Positions 1-64,000 of a DNA stretch of 64,000 nt are shown here, one piece after another. Numbering within the stretch: the stretch's first letter is position 1; every line of letters starts with the position of its first letter. The notes beneath the pieces were generated by a model. The model did no database searches, was not told where the DNA came from, and saw only the letters and a program-made list of their open reading frames with translations. Made by a program: the position numbers and the translations under genes. This stretch comes from the human T2T-CHM13v2.0 reference genome, Homo sapiens. The stretch lies in the NCBI RefSeq assembly GCF_009914755.1, contig NC_060926.1; one strand, 5' to 3'.

Positions 1-1315
1 CCTTCAAACACACATCGGATTCTCTGCTCACAGTTTTGGGTTCAGGCTGTGCTGCTTTGGGCAGGTGGGGCACCCCCCAGAGAAGCCCCTAAGTCCAGGG
101 CACAGGCTGCCTATCGGAGGGAGGGCTGGCCCATGGCTGCTGCCAGCTCCCCACCACCAGCTGGGCCTCAGCCCTCACGGCATTCCTGCTGAGCACTGTG
201 GGGCCCCCAGGGAGCAGGGGCACGGGGGATCCTGCTGCCGGCACCCCTGTGTCACTCGTGTGAGGGCCGTGTCCCCATTGTGAAGGATGAAGAGCCAGGC
301 CCTCTGGACCCGCGTCCTCAGAACACTACGCACTGCCACCCAGAGAGTGCGGGCCTGGCGGTGGGTGGGGCCATGCAGTGAGTGCCTCCCTATGTTGCCC
401 ACTGCCCTGGGCACCGGCCAGCAGCCCTTTGGTGACAAGAGTCGCCCCTTTTAATGCATACCACCCCATCATCTGTGATTGTTATAATCTTGTTATTCCT
501 GTGTTTGTCAGGACTCGTCACTGTGTCCCCCACTCCATGAAACTGGGCCTGCTGTCCTGTTAGGATGCTGTAAGCCCCCGGGCCTGGGCTGTCCTTTCTG
601 ACGCACTGTCCCATTCCTTGGCCTGGTTCATCCCCAGCTTCCTGGCAAAGTTCTGCTCCCTGAAGCAGGAAGAGGCTGAGATTAATGCCAACGAAGTGGG
701 GCCGTGGGCCTGGGAAGACTGTGTGGCTGGCTGAGGGTGGGCACTAAGCTGGCCACCCCACCCCCGACATGGACATGGCTGTGCTGTGGCGGAAGGGGTG
801 GTGCGGGCATGGCCACGGCACTCGAGACAGCCCTCCGAGGAGGAGGGCGAGCCTGGCTGGACCCCCTGTCTGCGGTGCTGTGTCAGGGCAGCAGAGGACA
901 GCCTCTTGCCCCCAGGAGTGTGCAGTGTGGGCAAGAGACAGAGTGATCATGTGTTTGGAACGCAGCTCCAGCCCAGCCAGGGGACCAGAAAAGCCCTCCC
1001 GCTTCCAGGGAGGATGTGCATGGCTCTGCCAATGCCTGTCTCCCAGGGCCGCTGGCAGGTCCCAGGATGCGCAAGACTGGGCTGCCCAGGCAGGTCCCTG
1101 CAGACAGCGGGGCCTGGGCTAGAGGCCAAGGGCTGGGACTGGGAAGGGACGCGACGCCTGATAGCCAGTGAGGAGCCAGGCACACAACTTGGAAATAAAC
1201 AAGCTTTATTTTCAGTTTCAACAGGTAAGGCGATACCTGCTTCATCGTGTGCTTTTATGTAAATGCCAAATAGCAAAATAACAGCTAGAAAATAAACAGT
1301 TTGTCAGTTTGGAGA
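1..1315 (+). pseudogene. Probable 3' end (UTR-derived terminal exon) of a duplicated MED15 pseudogene, MED15P9-like; truncated by window start
   Basis: Plus-strand AATAAA at 1194-1199 and 1291-1296 converging on the CCDC74B 3' end. Identity inferred from recalled MED15-CCDC74-SMPD4 synteny; no MED15 coding sequence is visible. Confidence 0.5.
1205..1210 (-). terminator. CCDC74B poly(A) signal AATAAA
   Basis: TTTATT on + strand, ~250 nt past the stop codon. Confidence 0.8.
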
Positions 1316-1456
1316 TCAAGTACTTTATCTATCTTGAGTGTTATCTATCTTGGAATTTAGCCAGGCCTAAAAGTAGCGGAAGTATCAGGAAATGCTATAG
1401 AGAGCCAATCTCCAGCTGCAGGTTGGTGGGCCTGGCACTGACCAGATGCGGGTAGC

Positions 1457-9625
<8,169 letters not shown>

Positions 9626-9849
9626 AGGAAAAAGATATAGGAAATTTGGATCTAAAAAAAGGGAAGTGCATTAGAGAAGGAATAAAGTAAAATAAAATAT
9701 AATCTTTATTATTATTTTTAATAGATGACAGGTTGTTCAAAAAAATTATGGCAACATGTATTTAGTAATTATGGTTTATGGATAGCTGGAATGAATGGTA
9801 GCAATATTATTGCTGGGAGGGAGGATATCCTGAGTGGAGAGAAATTCAT

Positions 9850-10096
9850 CCAGGCAGGAGTGCAGTGGCGCGATTATAGCTCACTTGCAGCCTGGAACTC
9901 CTGGGCTCAAGCCATCCTCCTGCCTCAGCTTCCCTAGTAACTGGGATTACAGGCACACACCACGCCTGGCTAATTTTTTTTTTTTTTTTTGTCTTGCTAT
10001 GTTGCCCAGATTGGTCTCAAACCCCTGGGCTGAGGCAATCTTCCTCCCTCAGCCTCCAGAAGTGTTGAAATTACAGGTATGAGCCACTGTGCCTGG
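9850..10096 (-). mobile_element. Alu (AluJ-like)
   Basis: Reverse Alu consensus. Confidence 0.8.
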
Positions 10097-10099
10097 TAT

Positions 10100-10640
10100 A
10101 TGGTTGCTTTTGAATGTCCTAGTCCTAAACATCTGGTTCCCAAGAAGGAGAAAAGAAAAATGAAGGCAGGAGGAGGTGCTGATCCATAAAAACCTCCTGG
10201 AAGGTGTGTACCCAGGGAGGCAGTGAGGGTTGAGGAGGGACGTTGCAAACATAGCAGTGGAGATTGCAGCAGTGGCTGCCTGCCTCTTTGTCTGCATTTT
10301 CACAATCAACAGCAGCCATCATCAATCAGAGCACAGATCCCCAGTATTTGGAGGATGGGGCTCTTATTGCCCGCTCTGGTTCCTGCAAGCTATAGGGAAG
10401 CTACTCCAGAAATGCATGCATGGCTGCTTGCACCACCAATTTAAATGCCACTTTCTTCTGAAAACACCCTTACAGACCTGCCAGGAAATAATGTGTAACC
10501 AGATATGAGTGCATCCGGTGGCCCAGACAAGCTGACATATAGAATTAACCATCACAAGTCCACCCCTTGTCAACCTGGCACCCATACACATCTCCTTAAA
10601 CCATACGCACTCTCCAAATAAACACAATAACCCAGTGTTA
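10100..10640 (-). mobile_element. MLT2 LTR with adjoining ERVL internal/PPT fragment
   Basis: Minus strand GACAAGGGGTGGAC (PPT-like) followed by TGTGATGGTTAATTCTATATGTCAGCTTG, the MLT2 LTR start. Confidence 0.65.
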
Positions 10641-10642
10641 TT

Positions 10643-11228
10643 GTGTTAGCAGTGGAAGGTGTCCGAGTTAATAGTGTTAGCAGTGGAAGGTGTCCAAGTC
10701 ACTGGCAGTGAATCCGGATGGGTCTTCAGCAACCACAATTCTTGGCTCCTCAGAAGAAGGAATTCGACTGAGGGGCATAAGGCAGAAAAAGAGACCGAAG
10801 CAAGTTTCAGAGCAGGAGTGGAAGTGTATTTTAAAAGGCTTTAGAACAGGAAAGAAAGGAAAGTACGCTTGGAAGAGACCTAAGTGGGCACATGAAAGTC
10901 AAGTGTGGTGTTTAACCTTGATCCTAGGACTTTCTAGACTGGCCCCTTTCCCATGATCCTTCCCTTAGGGTGGGCTGCCCACATGTACAGTACCCTCCTT
11001 ACCCTTGGGAGTTGAGCACATGCAGTGTGTTTAGGAAACTGTATGCATGCCCATCTGAGGTTTTTGGGTGGGGTGCCCCCCGAAGGTCATACTCCACCAC
11101 TTTGTCTCTTAATGCACATGCCTGGGAAGTTGATTCTCCCTGGAATCTGCATTCAATTAACACTTTAGTGAAATAGGTGTGGCCCATCAGGAAATGGCCT
11201 GTCCCTGGCGCCAGCTGCCAATTTATCA
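10643..11228 (-). mobile_element. ERV1/MER4-group LTR (MER50/LTR8-like)
   Basis: TTCTTGGCTCCTCAGAAGAAGGAATTCGACTGAGGGGCATAAGGCAG motif; ~22-bp internal duplication GTGTTAGCAGTGGAAGGTGTCC. Confidence 0.6.
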
Positions 11229-11229
11229 C

Positions 11230-11960
11230 TTTTTTTATTTATTTATTTTTTGAGAAGGAGTCTCTTGTCACCCAGGCTGGAGTACAGTGGTACGATCTCG
11301 GCTTACTGCAACCTCTACATCCCAGGTTCAAGCGATCTTCTTGCCTCAGCCTCCCAAGTAACTGAGATTAGAGGCATGCGCCACCACACTAGCTAATTTT
11401 TGTATTTTCAGTAGAGATGGGATTTCAGCATGTTGGCCAGGCTGGTCTCAAACTCCTGACGTCAAGTGATCTTCCTGCCTCAGCCTCCTAAAGTGCTGGG
11501 ATTACAGGCATGAGCCACTGCGCCTGGCCAAAAGTAGGAATTCTTGACTGGGAAATAATTTGATATATTTTCGCACCTTGTGACTTGAGAAAATTATGCT
11601 AGGAATTCTGGTTTTGGGAGTCAAGGGAAGCTAGCTTAATTTTTACAGTGAAGGCTACATAAGAGTCCGCTCTCCAGTGTGGTGGCTCACACCTGTAACC
11701 CTAGCACTTCAGGATGCGGAGGCGGTCGGATCACTTGAGCCTAGGAGTTCAAGACCAGCCTGGCAACACAGTGAGACCCCGTCTCTACAAAGAAATTTAA
11801 AAATTAGCAGGGTGCGGTGGCGCATGCCTGTAGTCCTGGCTACTTGGGATGCTGAGGCGGAAGGATTGCTTAAGCCCAGGAGTTAAGAGGCTGCAGTGAG
11901 CTGTCATGGTGCAGTGCACTCCAGCCTGGGCAATATAGCAAGACCTTGTCTCAAAACAGA
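11230..11960. mobile_element. Divergent Alu pair (11230-11530 minus, 11676-11960 plus)
   Basis: Alu consensus in both orientations. Confidence 0.88.
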
Positions 11961-13323
11961 GAGTTCTCTCTCATTTATATTGGAAATGTCAGGGTTATTG
12001 GTGAGAGCTGGCCTTTAGGGGATCTAACTTGCTCTTGGATGTCCAAGGGGAAAGGTATAGATTTCTCCCGACTGCACAGGGCCTCTGCTTGTGAGTTGCT
12101 TGCACAAGATGATCAGAATCTGACTTACCTTGGATCACGGGGGCGCTGGTATATCCTAGCGGTAGATCATGGAAGGGAGTGGGCCACGAATGGGATCCAG
12201 GGAACGGGATTGTCTCGGGGCAAGGAGGACGATGCGGAGGTGCGGGGGCAGGGGTGGTGTCAGGACAGGCTGAAGCTGCGCTGCCAGAGTCTCTGGGCCA
12301 CGTGGTCAGAAAAGCATCGGATTTGGCCTGTTAGCAGGGGAGTGTGGCCCAATGGCAAAAAGTCAAGGGCATCCTAGGAGCTGAGGAGGCGGTGGCAGTG
12401 GCAGTTAGGGCAAACCACTCTGGAAGCATCCAGGGGTGGAGACAAGAATCTGCAGGAGCTCCTGCCTCCAGCCTGGCCTCCCTCCTCCTTGTGCCCCAGA
12501 CAGAACTGCTTCCCCTGAGTTGCTCCAACTCGTCCTTCCCCGGAAGTCCCTCACAAGTGCCTCCTGGCCGGGCCCCCCCAACTGCATTTTGCTTCTGCTC
12601 TCATCCCAGCAGTCCCATTTTCTCTACAGTGAGAGTTCTTGGCAAAATTTAAATCCCATTTTATTGGCGAGGTCCCTACCCCCCACCTGGAAGTGGCTGG
12701 AACCCAGCTGCCCACTGCTGCCCTCGCTCCCCAGGGAGAAGCCACTGAGCACCAGCTGGCTTTGTGGCCATCGCTGTCCAGGTCCCAGCCACCAAGACCC
12801 TGACCCCTCACTCAGCTTTGCTGTTCTTGGTTCTCAATGCATTTTTGTCTGCCCTCCGCTCCTGGCCAGACAGTTCAGCCCCCAGCAACTCCCGCAATCC
12901 TCAGAGCTTCTGGAAGCCATAGACTTGGCAGCACATGTTCCCGGTGGTCAGCTTTTCTTTGAGAACAGGGTCTCACTCTGTCACCCAGGCTGGAGTATAG
13001 TGGCGTGATGAAGGCTCACTACAGCCTTGACCTCCTGGACCCTGATGATCCTCCAAACTCAGCATCCCAAGTAGCTGGGACCACACATGTGAACCACCAT
13101 GCCTAACTTTTTGAATCTTTTGTAAAGGCAGGGCAAAGTCTACTGTGCCTCTGAGAGAGGAAAGCATAGGAAGCCAGAGGTCCAGGCCTGTGGACACTAG
13201 CGGGAGGGGCCGACAGGGTGCCCAACAGTTGTTTCTGCAGCCCCCGTGTGCTCAGGGACTCTGTACAGGTGAACCTCCTAGAGACTGAGCCCAGGTGCCA
13301 GAAGACTCAGAAGCAAGGACATG

Positions 13324-13329
13324 TTTATT
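13324..13329 (-). terminator. SMPD4 poly(A) signal AATAAA
   Basis: TTTATT on + strand, ending a ~1.1 kb 3'UTR. Confidence 0.8.
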
Positions 13330-14453
13330 CAGATCCATGGTCGTTACAAGCTTCATTTTTGGTCACAGGCCCTAAAATGCCATTATGCTCAGTTTACATC
13401 AAAATACAAAGCCCAACATTTACAATTTCAAAAACATTAAAGCAAACCCCCAAAACCCCACACCGAAAACAAAGGCTTGGTTTGGAAATCACCACTGAGA
13501 TGCTGTTCTCCCTCGCATGTCGCCTGTGGGGTGAATGAAGGTGAAGACCCCGTGCTGGTTTCTGTCAGAGAATCTGTAGTTGTATATTTTGAATACTTAA
13601 GTACCACTGAACGGTTGCCATGTCTTTGAGCACTTGATGTTACTGAAGTGACAATGCTTCTGACCATCTTTGGCTGCAGAGCAGAAACTGGCAGAATCCG
13701 ACCCCATCGACCCAGCAGTGTCCCCAACGCCTGAGGACCAGCACCCATCTGTGACAAGGCACAGGGGTCCGCGATGTTGGCCACTGCTTTGGGTGATGTG
13801 CTCAATGGCTTGGGGTCTGCGGTGAAGCCCCTGGGCTCTGGGAGGGTCTTAGGCTCCTGAAACATGGAATTCTACGGCCCAGTCTTGGAACAGCTGGGAG
13901 AACATGAAGAACGCCCCTCACAGTGAAGAATCAGGACAGCCACTCTCTGGTTTTCTCACAACTCTAGAAACTTTGATTCTTTCCTGGAGTGGAGACTTAA
14001 GCCACTGTCCTGGTCCCACACAGAGAGAGGAAGCGCCACAACCCACTCTGCCAACCTCAAGGCCAGCCAGTGGGGAGGCCAGGCCCAGGTGGCTGTTGGC
14101 AGGCTGGCTCCCAAGCTTGGTGCAGCAGAGTAGCCAAATGGGCAGTGGAAAAAAGGCCCCGAGAGCTGGCTTGGCCGTGAGTCCTTGGCGGAGGGAGGGA
14201 AAGGCCGCCGCTGAGCTCTGCGCTGTCACAGAGCGTAGCTGTTGAGCCCTGGCAGCTACTCCTTTGCTGGGGCCCACCTGCCTTCCTTTCTTGGTTGCGT
14301 TTCCTCCAGATGCCTCTGCGGCTGCAGGAACCCCGCTCCAGAAGCCCGAGGATGACCGTGTTCCCTCCTGGAGGGGCTTCCCAGGTCCTCTCAGCCCAAG
14401 GGTGGGGCTGTGTGGCAAATCCCTCCAGCCTGCTCTGAAGGCAGCTGACACCT

Positions 14454-43566
<29,113 letters not shown>

Positions 43567-44178
43567 TCAAAAGGCGCGTGCGCAAAGCGAAGGCCGGCCG
43601 GGCGGGGAAGAGAAATGGCGAGGCAGGAGTGCGGGGGAGGGAGTGGTCCTTAGCTGAATGCGCCTGCGTTGTGGCGGCCTCCGGCGCCCCAAGGTACTTT
43701 CTCCCCAGCAAGGAATCCGCGTGCGCGTAAGCAGTATTGTTGATTAGTGCCCCCCCCTTCCCCCCGCCCGCCCCGAAAAGCGACCCCTAGTGGTGCACCG
43801 GTGCGGACCAGAAAATTGCACGCTTTCTTGAAAGAGGCATTTACCGAGCGCCCAATGTATGCCTGGCACTGGGCTGGGTGCTGCCACCTAAGCGAGCACG
43901 ACCAATGCAGTCTATCAGGGAGGCCCAGATCGCCAAGCAGCGGACCCCTGCGGTCCGCCATGCCACTCCCGGCTCCTAGAGCGCCGCTCAGCACACCGTG
44001 AGCGCCCAATAACTGTTGGGCTTCAATGACGCCGCGGAGGCGGCCCCGTCCCCGCGCTCCCGCCCCTCCCGCCAGGGCAGCCCGGGAGGCCAGACGTTGA
44101 CGCTGCAGGGAGAGGGTGGTGGGCGCAGCCGCTAGGGGGCGCGGCGGGGCGGAGCGCACCTTTCCGCGGGCCGCGGGG

Positions 44179-52521
<8,343 letters not shown>

Positions 52522-52587
52522 GATGGGGCAGAGACTTGTTGCATCTTTGTCCCCAGCAAAGGCTACATGTTACCTCCTTCAATTGAT

Positions 52588-52593
52588 AATAAA
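52588..52593 (+). terminator. MZT2B poly(A) signal AATAAA
   Basis: ~67 nt after the stop, followed by a GT/T-rich downstream element. Confidence 0.85.
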
Positions 52594-52831
52594 CCTTTCT
52601 GAGATGCAGAGGGTCCAGGTCAGATGTTGTCTACCGTTTTTTTTTTTTTGTTTTTTTTTTTATATTAAGGCACACTTAGAATGAAGTTTCTGTGCCGGTC
52701 CTGGTTGTGCCACAGTGAACTAACCAGGTCCCTTCACCATGGGTCAACTTCCTGAACCTGATTTGGGTTCTGAGAAAAGGCATCTGGATTGCCAGGTCTT
52801 TTATAAATAGACGTCAACAAGCTTCACTTGA

Positions 52832-53078
<247 letters not shown>

Positions 53079-53658
53079 TCATGGGAGGTTTTCTACCAAG
53101 GCAGTTGACAGTGCTGAGGGACAGGGTGGCTGTGTGTGCGCACAGAGGGCGAACGCTGCCTTCCAGGTTACCGTGGAGCACTGGGGTCAGCATGGGTGTG
53201 TTGTGACCTTCTGTGGGTCACGAATGCTGTGTGGAACTCGGTTAATATTCTTTCCCCCTCTAAAATGTCCTGACCTTACATATTTGACCCACAGCTTTAG
53301 AGACTTCATGGACAAGCCCCATCCACAGACCTCCAACACTTCATGCTCCCTTTTAGCCAGCATGACCCATCAATAAAGAAGCCCGAAAAATCACAAATTC
53401 AGTTGAAAACCCTGACTCAGCTTTCCTAGAATTTAGGAAATCTATACATTGAACGCCTGGCTTTGAAGAAACACTATTTTCCCCTGGTCAGGTTACTTCT
53501 GTGGCAGCTGCTTATGTACAGTCCTGCTGCACCCAACCCCACGCCAGCAGGGCAGGCTGGCACCCCACCGCTGTCCATGCAGGCTCTGGGGTCCCACCAG
53601 CTCCTGTAGGCAGAGCTAAGCTGCATGACACTCAGAGGTCTTGGTTTTATACAGAATC

Positions 53659-53664
53659 TTTAAT
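53659..53664 (-). terminator. TUBA3E poly(A) signal ATTAAA
   Basis: TTTAAT on + strand, ~63 nt after the stop. Confidence 0.75.
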
Positions 53665-53726
53665 TGCAAACAACTTGAAAGCAGCCATCCTAGGGGTGGC
53701 AGGGGAGAACCCACCACACCCTCCCC

Positions 53727-60256
<6,530 letters not shown>

Positions 60257-60823
60257 GGCGAACTCCGCTGCTTCAGCCCAACGCTACTTCCAGACCTCAA
60301 CCGGCTGCCACAGCTGCTGAGCGCCCAACTGCAATGACCTGCCCACGCGCGCCGCACAGGATTGGCCTGCCGGTGCCAGGCCGCCATTGGCTCGGAGTTC
60401 CTGGGAGGCAGGCCGAGGGCCGGATCCCAGTTCTGATTGGCCGTTGCTCAACACGTGTAGTGGGGATGCTCTCTGATTGGATGCAGGATTGGCGGGAAGG
60501 CAGCGGGGTCATCAAAGGCTGCGCGGTTGCTGAGGCATTTCCGGGGTGTCTTCCGACCAGGATTGGAACAGCTACTGCGCTGCCTCTGTGGGTCGCGGAA
60601 CATTGCCTTGCTCCCAGTGTGCCACTGCCCCTCCCTGATTGCCCCAGGCCTGCTCCTCTCCCTGCCTAATTCAGATCTTTGCAAACAAGGCCACCTCTGA
60701 GAGGCCTTGCCGCCATCTACCCAAGTCACAGCAGCACCGCAATTATCCCCCTCTTCCCTGTTCCCACCCAGCACCCGGGAAGTGGCAGGATTCAATCACT
60801 TTTCTGACCCAAAGGGAGAAAAC

Positions 60824-62520
<1,697 letters not shown>

Positions 62521-63173
62521 ATTTCTTTGGTGAGAGGGAGTGGGTTTATGGCCAACAGGAAAGGGGAAGGCACACCCCTGTCCCGGGAAGAGCAGAGTCA
62601 GGACCCAATACCCATTTTGGAGGACTTTGGAACAGTCACCTGATTCTTCCTTTTTATTTATTTATTTTTTGACACTGGTTCTCACTATGTTGACCAGGCT
62701 GGACTCAAATTCCTGGCCTCAAGTGATCCCCAAGCCTCAGCCTTCCTTGTAGGCTGGGACTACAGGTGTGTGATTCTTCCCAGTTTGAGTCTTCCATCCC
62801 TAAAGATCATCTTAGTGTGTATTCAGTTCTGGGGAAAGCCCTGGAGGAGACGTGCTGGCTTACCCCCAGCTCATCACCAGGATGCAGCATCCCACCATGT
62901 CATCTCCCTGGAGGGTGGCCAAGCAGGCCCTTAACTTTCCCTCCTGAGAGGAGAGCAGAGAAGAGAGAGGGAGCTCCCCCAGTGGGATGGGACTCACGAG
63001 GTCCAGGAGTTGAGACTTTTCTGTGGCCTTTGGGGACCTCTGAACAGTGCAATCAGGTCTTCCCTTAGAAAGATGCTTTGGCAAAAGGAGGAGGGGCAGG
63101 GACGGAGTTCTGCCGACAGCTGGGAAAATCAGAGGAGGCCACTGGCCCCTTCTCCCCAGGAGGGTGAATCCTT

Positions 63174-63510
63174 CTGTATTAGCCCCAGGCACCCTAAAAA
63201 ATACCACTGACTGAGTGGCTTAAACAGCAGGGTTTTATTTTCTCACAGTTCTGGAGGCTAAAAGCCCCAGAGGCCTCTCTTCCTGGTTTGCACACAGCCA
63301 CCTTCTCACCATGTCCTCCCACGGGGAGGTAGCATCCAAGCGCTCTGGTCTCTTATAAGGACATGAATCCTGTTGGATCAGGGCCCACCCTTATGACCTC
63401 ACTTAACCTTCATCATCTCCTTATAGGCCCTGTCCCCAACTACAGTCACATTGGGGATTAGAGCTTCAGCGTCTAATATTGGCGGGGGGGGACACCATTC
63501 AGTCCATAGC
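63174..63510 (-). mobile_element. MLT1A-like MaLR LTR
   Basis: TGGCTTAAACAGCAG...TCTCACAGTTCTGGAGGCT; GGGCCCACCCTTATGACCTCA; CATTCAGTCCATAGC. Confidence 0.75.
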
Positions 63511-63579
63511 CCCCCTTCCTCAGGGCTCCAACCACATCATGCACAGAACTCAGCTGTAGCCCACATCACACGGTGCTCT

Positions 63580-63882
63580 TCAGTCCAGCCACGCATCCTT
63601 CAGCGGCTGGGATACGTTCTCGACAATGCATCATCAGGTAATTTCGTTGACGTGAGAACATCACAGAGTGTTCTTAGACCAACCAAGGTGGTGCAGCCTA
63701 CTGCACACCTAGGCCACATGGTATAGCATATAGCCCCTTGGCTACAGACCTGTACAGCAAGGATTTATGTATCTAAACACAGAAAAGCTACGGGAAAAAT
63801 ATGGTATTATAACTTTATGGGACCACTCTTATATATATGCTGTCTGTTGTTGACCGAAACATCATTATATGCTACGTGACTG
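63580..63882. mobile_element. TcMar-Tigger element (Tigger3/MER47-like)
   Basis: TATGGTATTATAACTTTATGGGACCAC...GTTGACCGAAACATCATTAT motif. Confidence 0.65.
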
Positions 63883-64000
63883 CAATATTTATTTTTCTGA
63901 TTATAAAAGTAACACATATTCCCAGTAGACAGTGTAGAAAATTAGCAACAAACTATTCTACTGTAAATGACAAAAGAAAAATTGAGCCTTGGACATGCCC

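Noticed and set aside
53372-53377. Extra plus-strand AATAAA downstream of MZT2B
   Set aside because: Single hexamer; a proximal signal with a good downstream element already exists

Overview
Vertebrate (human) genomic DNA, GC-rich and very Alu-dense. I recognise it as the 2q21.1 segmental-duplication block with four intact spliced genes. CCDC74B (-, 8 exons, 380 aa), SMPD4 (-, 20 exons, 866 aa from the first ATG or 827 aa from the exon-2 ATG), MZT2B (+, 3 exons, 158 aa, head-to-head with SMPD4 on a shared CpG island) and TUBA3E (-, 5 exons, 450 aa) were each rebuilt by hand from GT-AG boundaries, and all four sum to whole open reading frames. The first ~1.3 kb is probably the 3' end of a MED15 pseudogene; this rests on recalled synteny. 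I found no evidence of a new gene system, and most six-frame ORFs are Alu-derived or GC-rich noise. The notable signals are regulatory or structural: a U12-type intron, a spliced uORF, a distant-branch-point cassette exon and an exon-like UGCAUG-rich cluster in SMPD4; a perfect 20-bp hairpin; a MIR4784 paralog in MZT2B; back-to-back poly(A) signals; a duplicated splice donor in CCDC74B that introduces a stop; and substitutions at near-invariant alpha-tubulin residues in TUBA3E, including W402. Gene names and paralog comparisons come from memory, not from a database search. Repeat boundaries are approximate.
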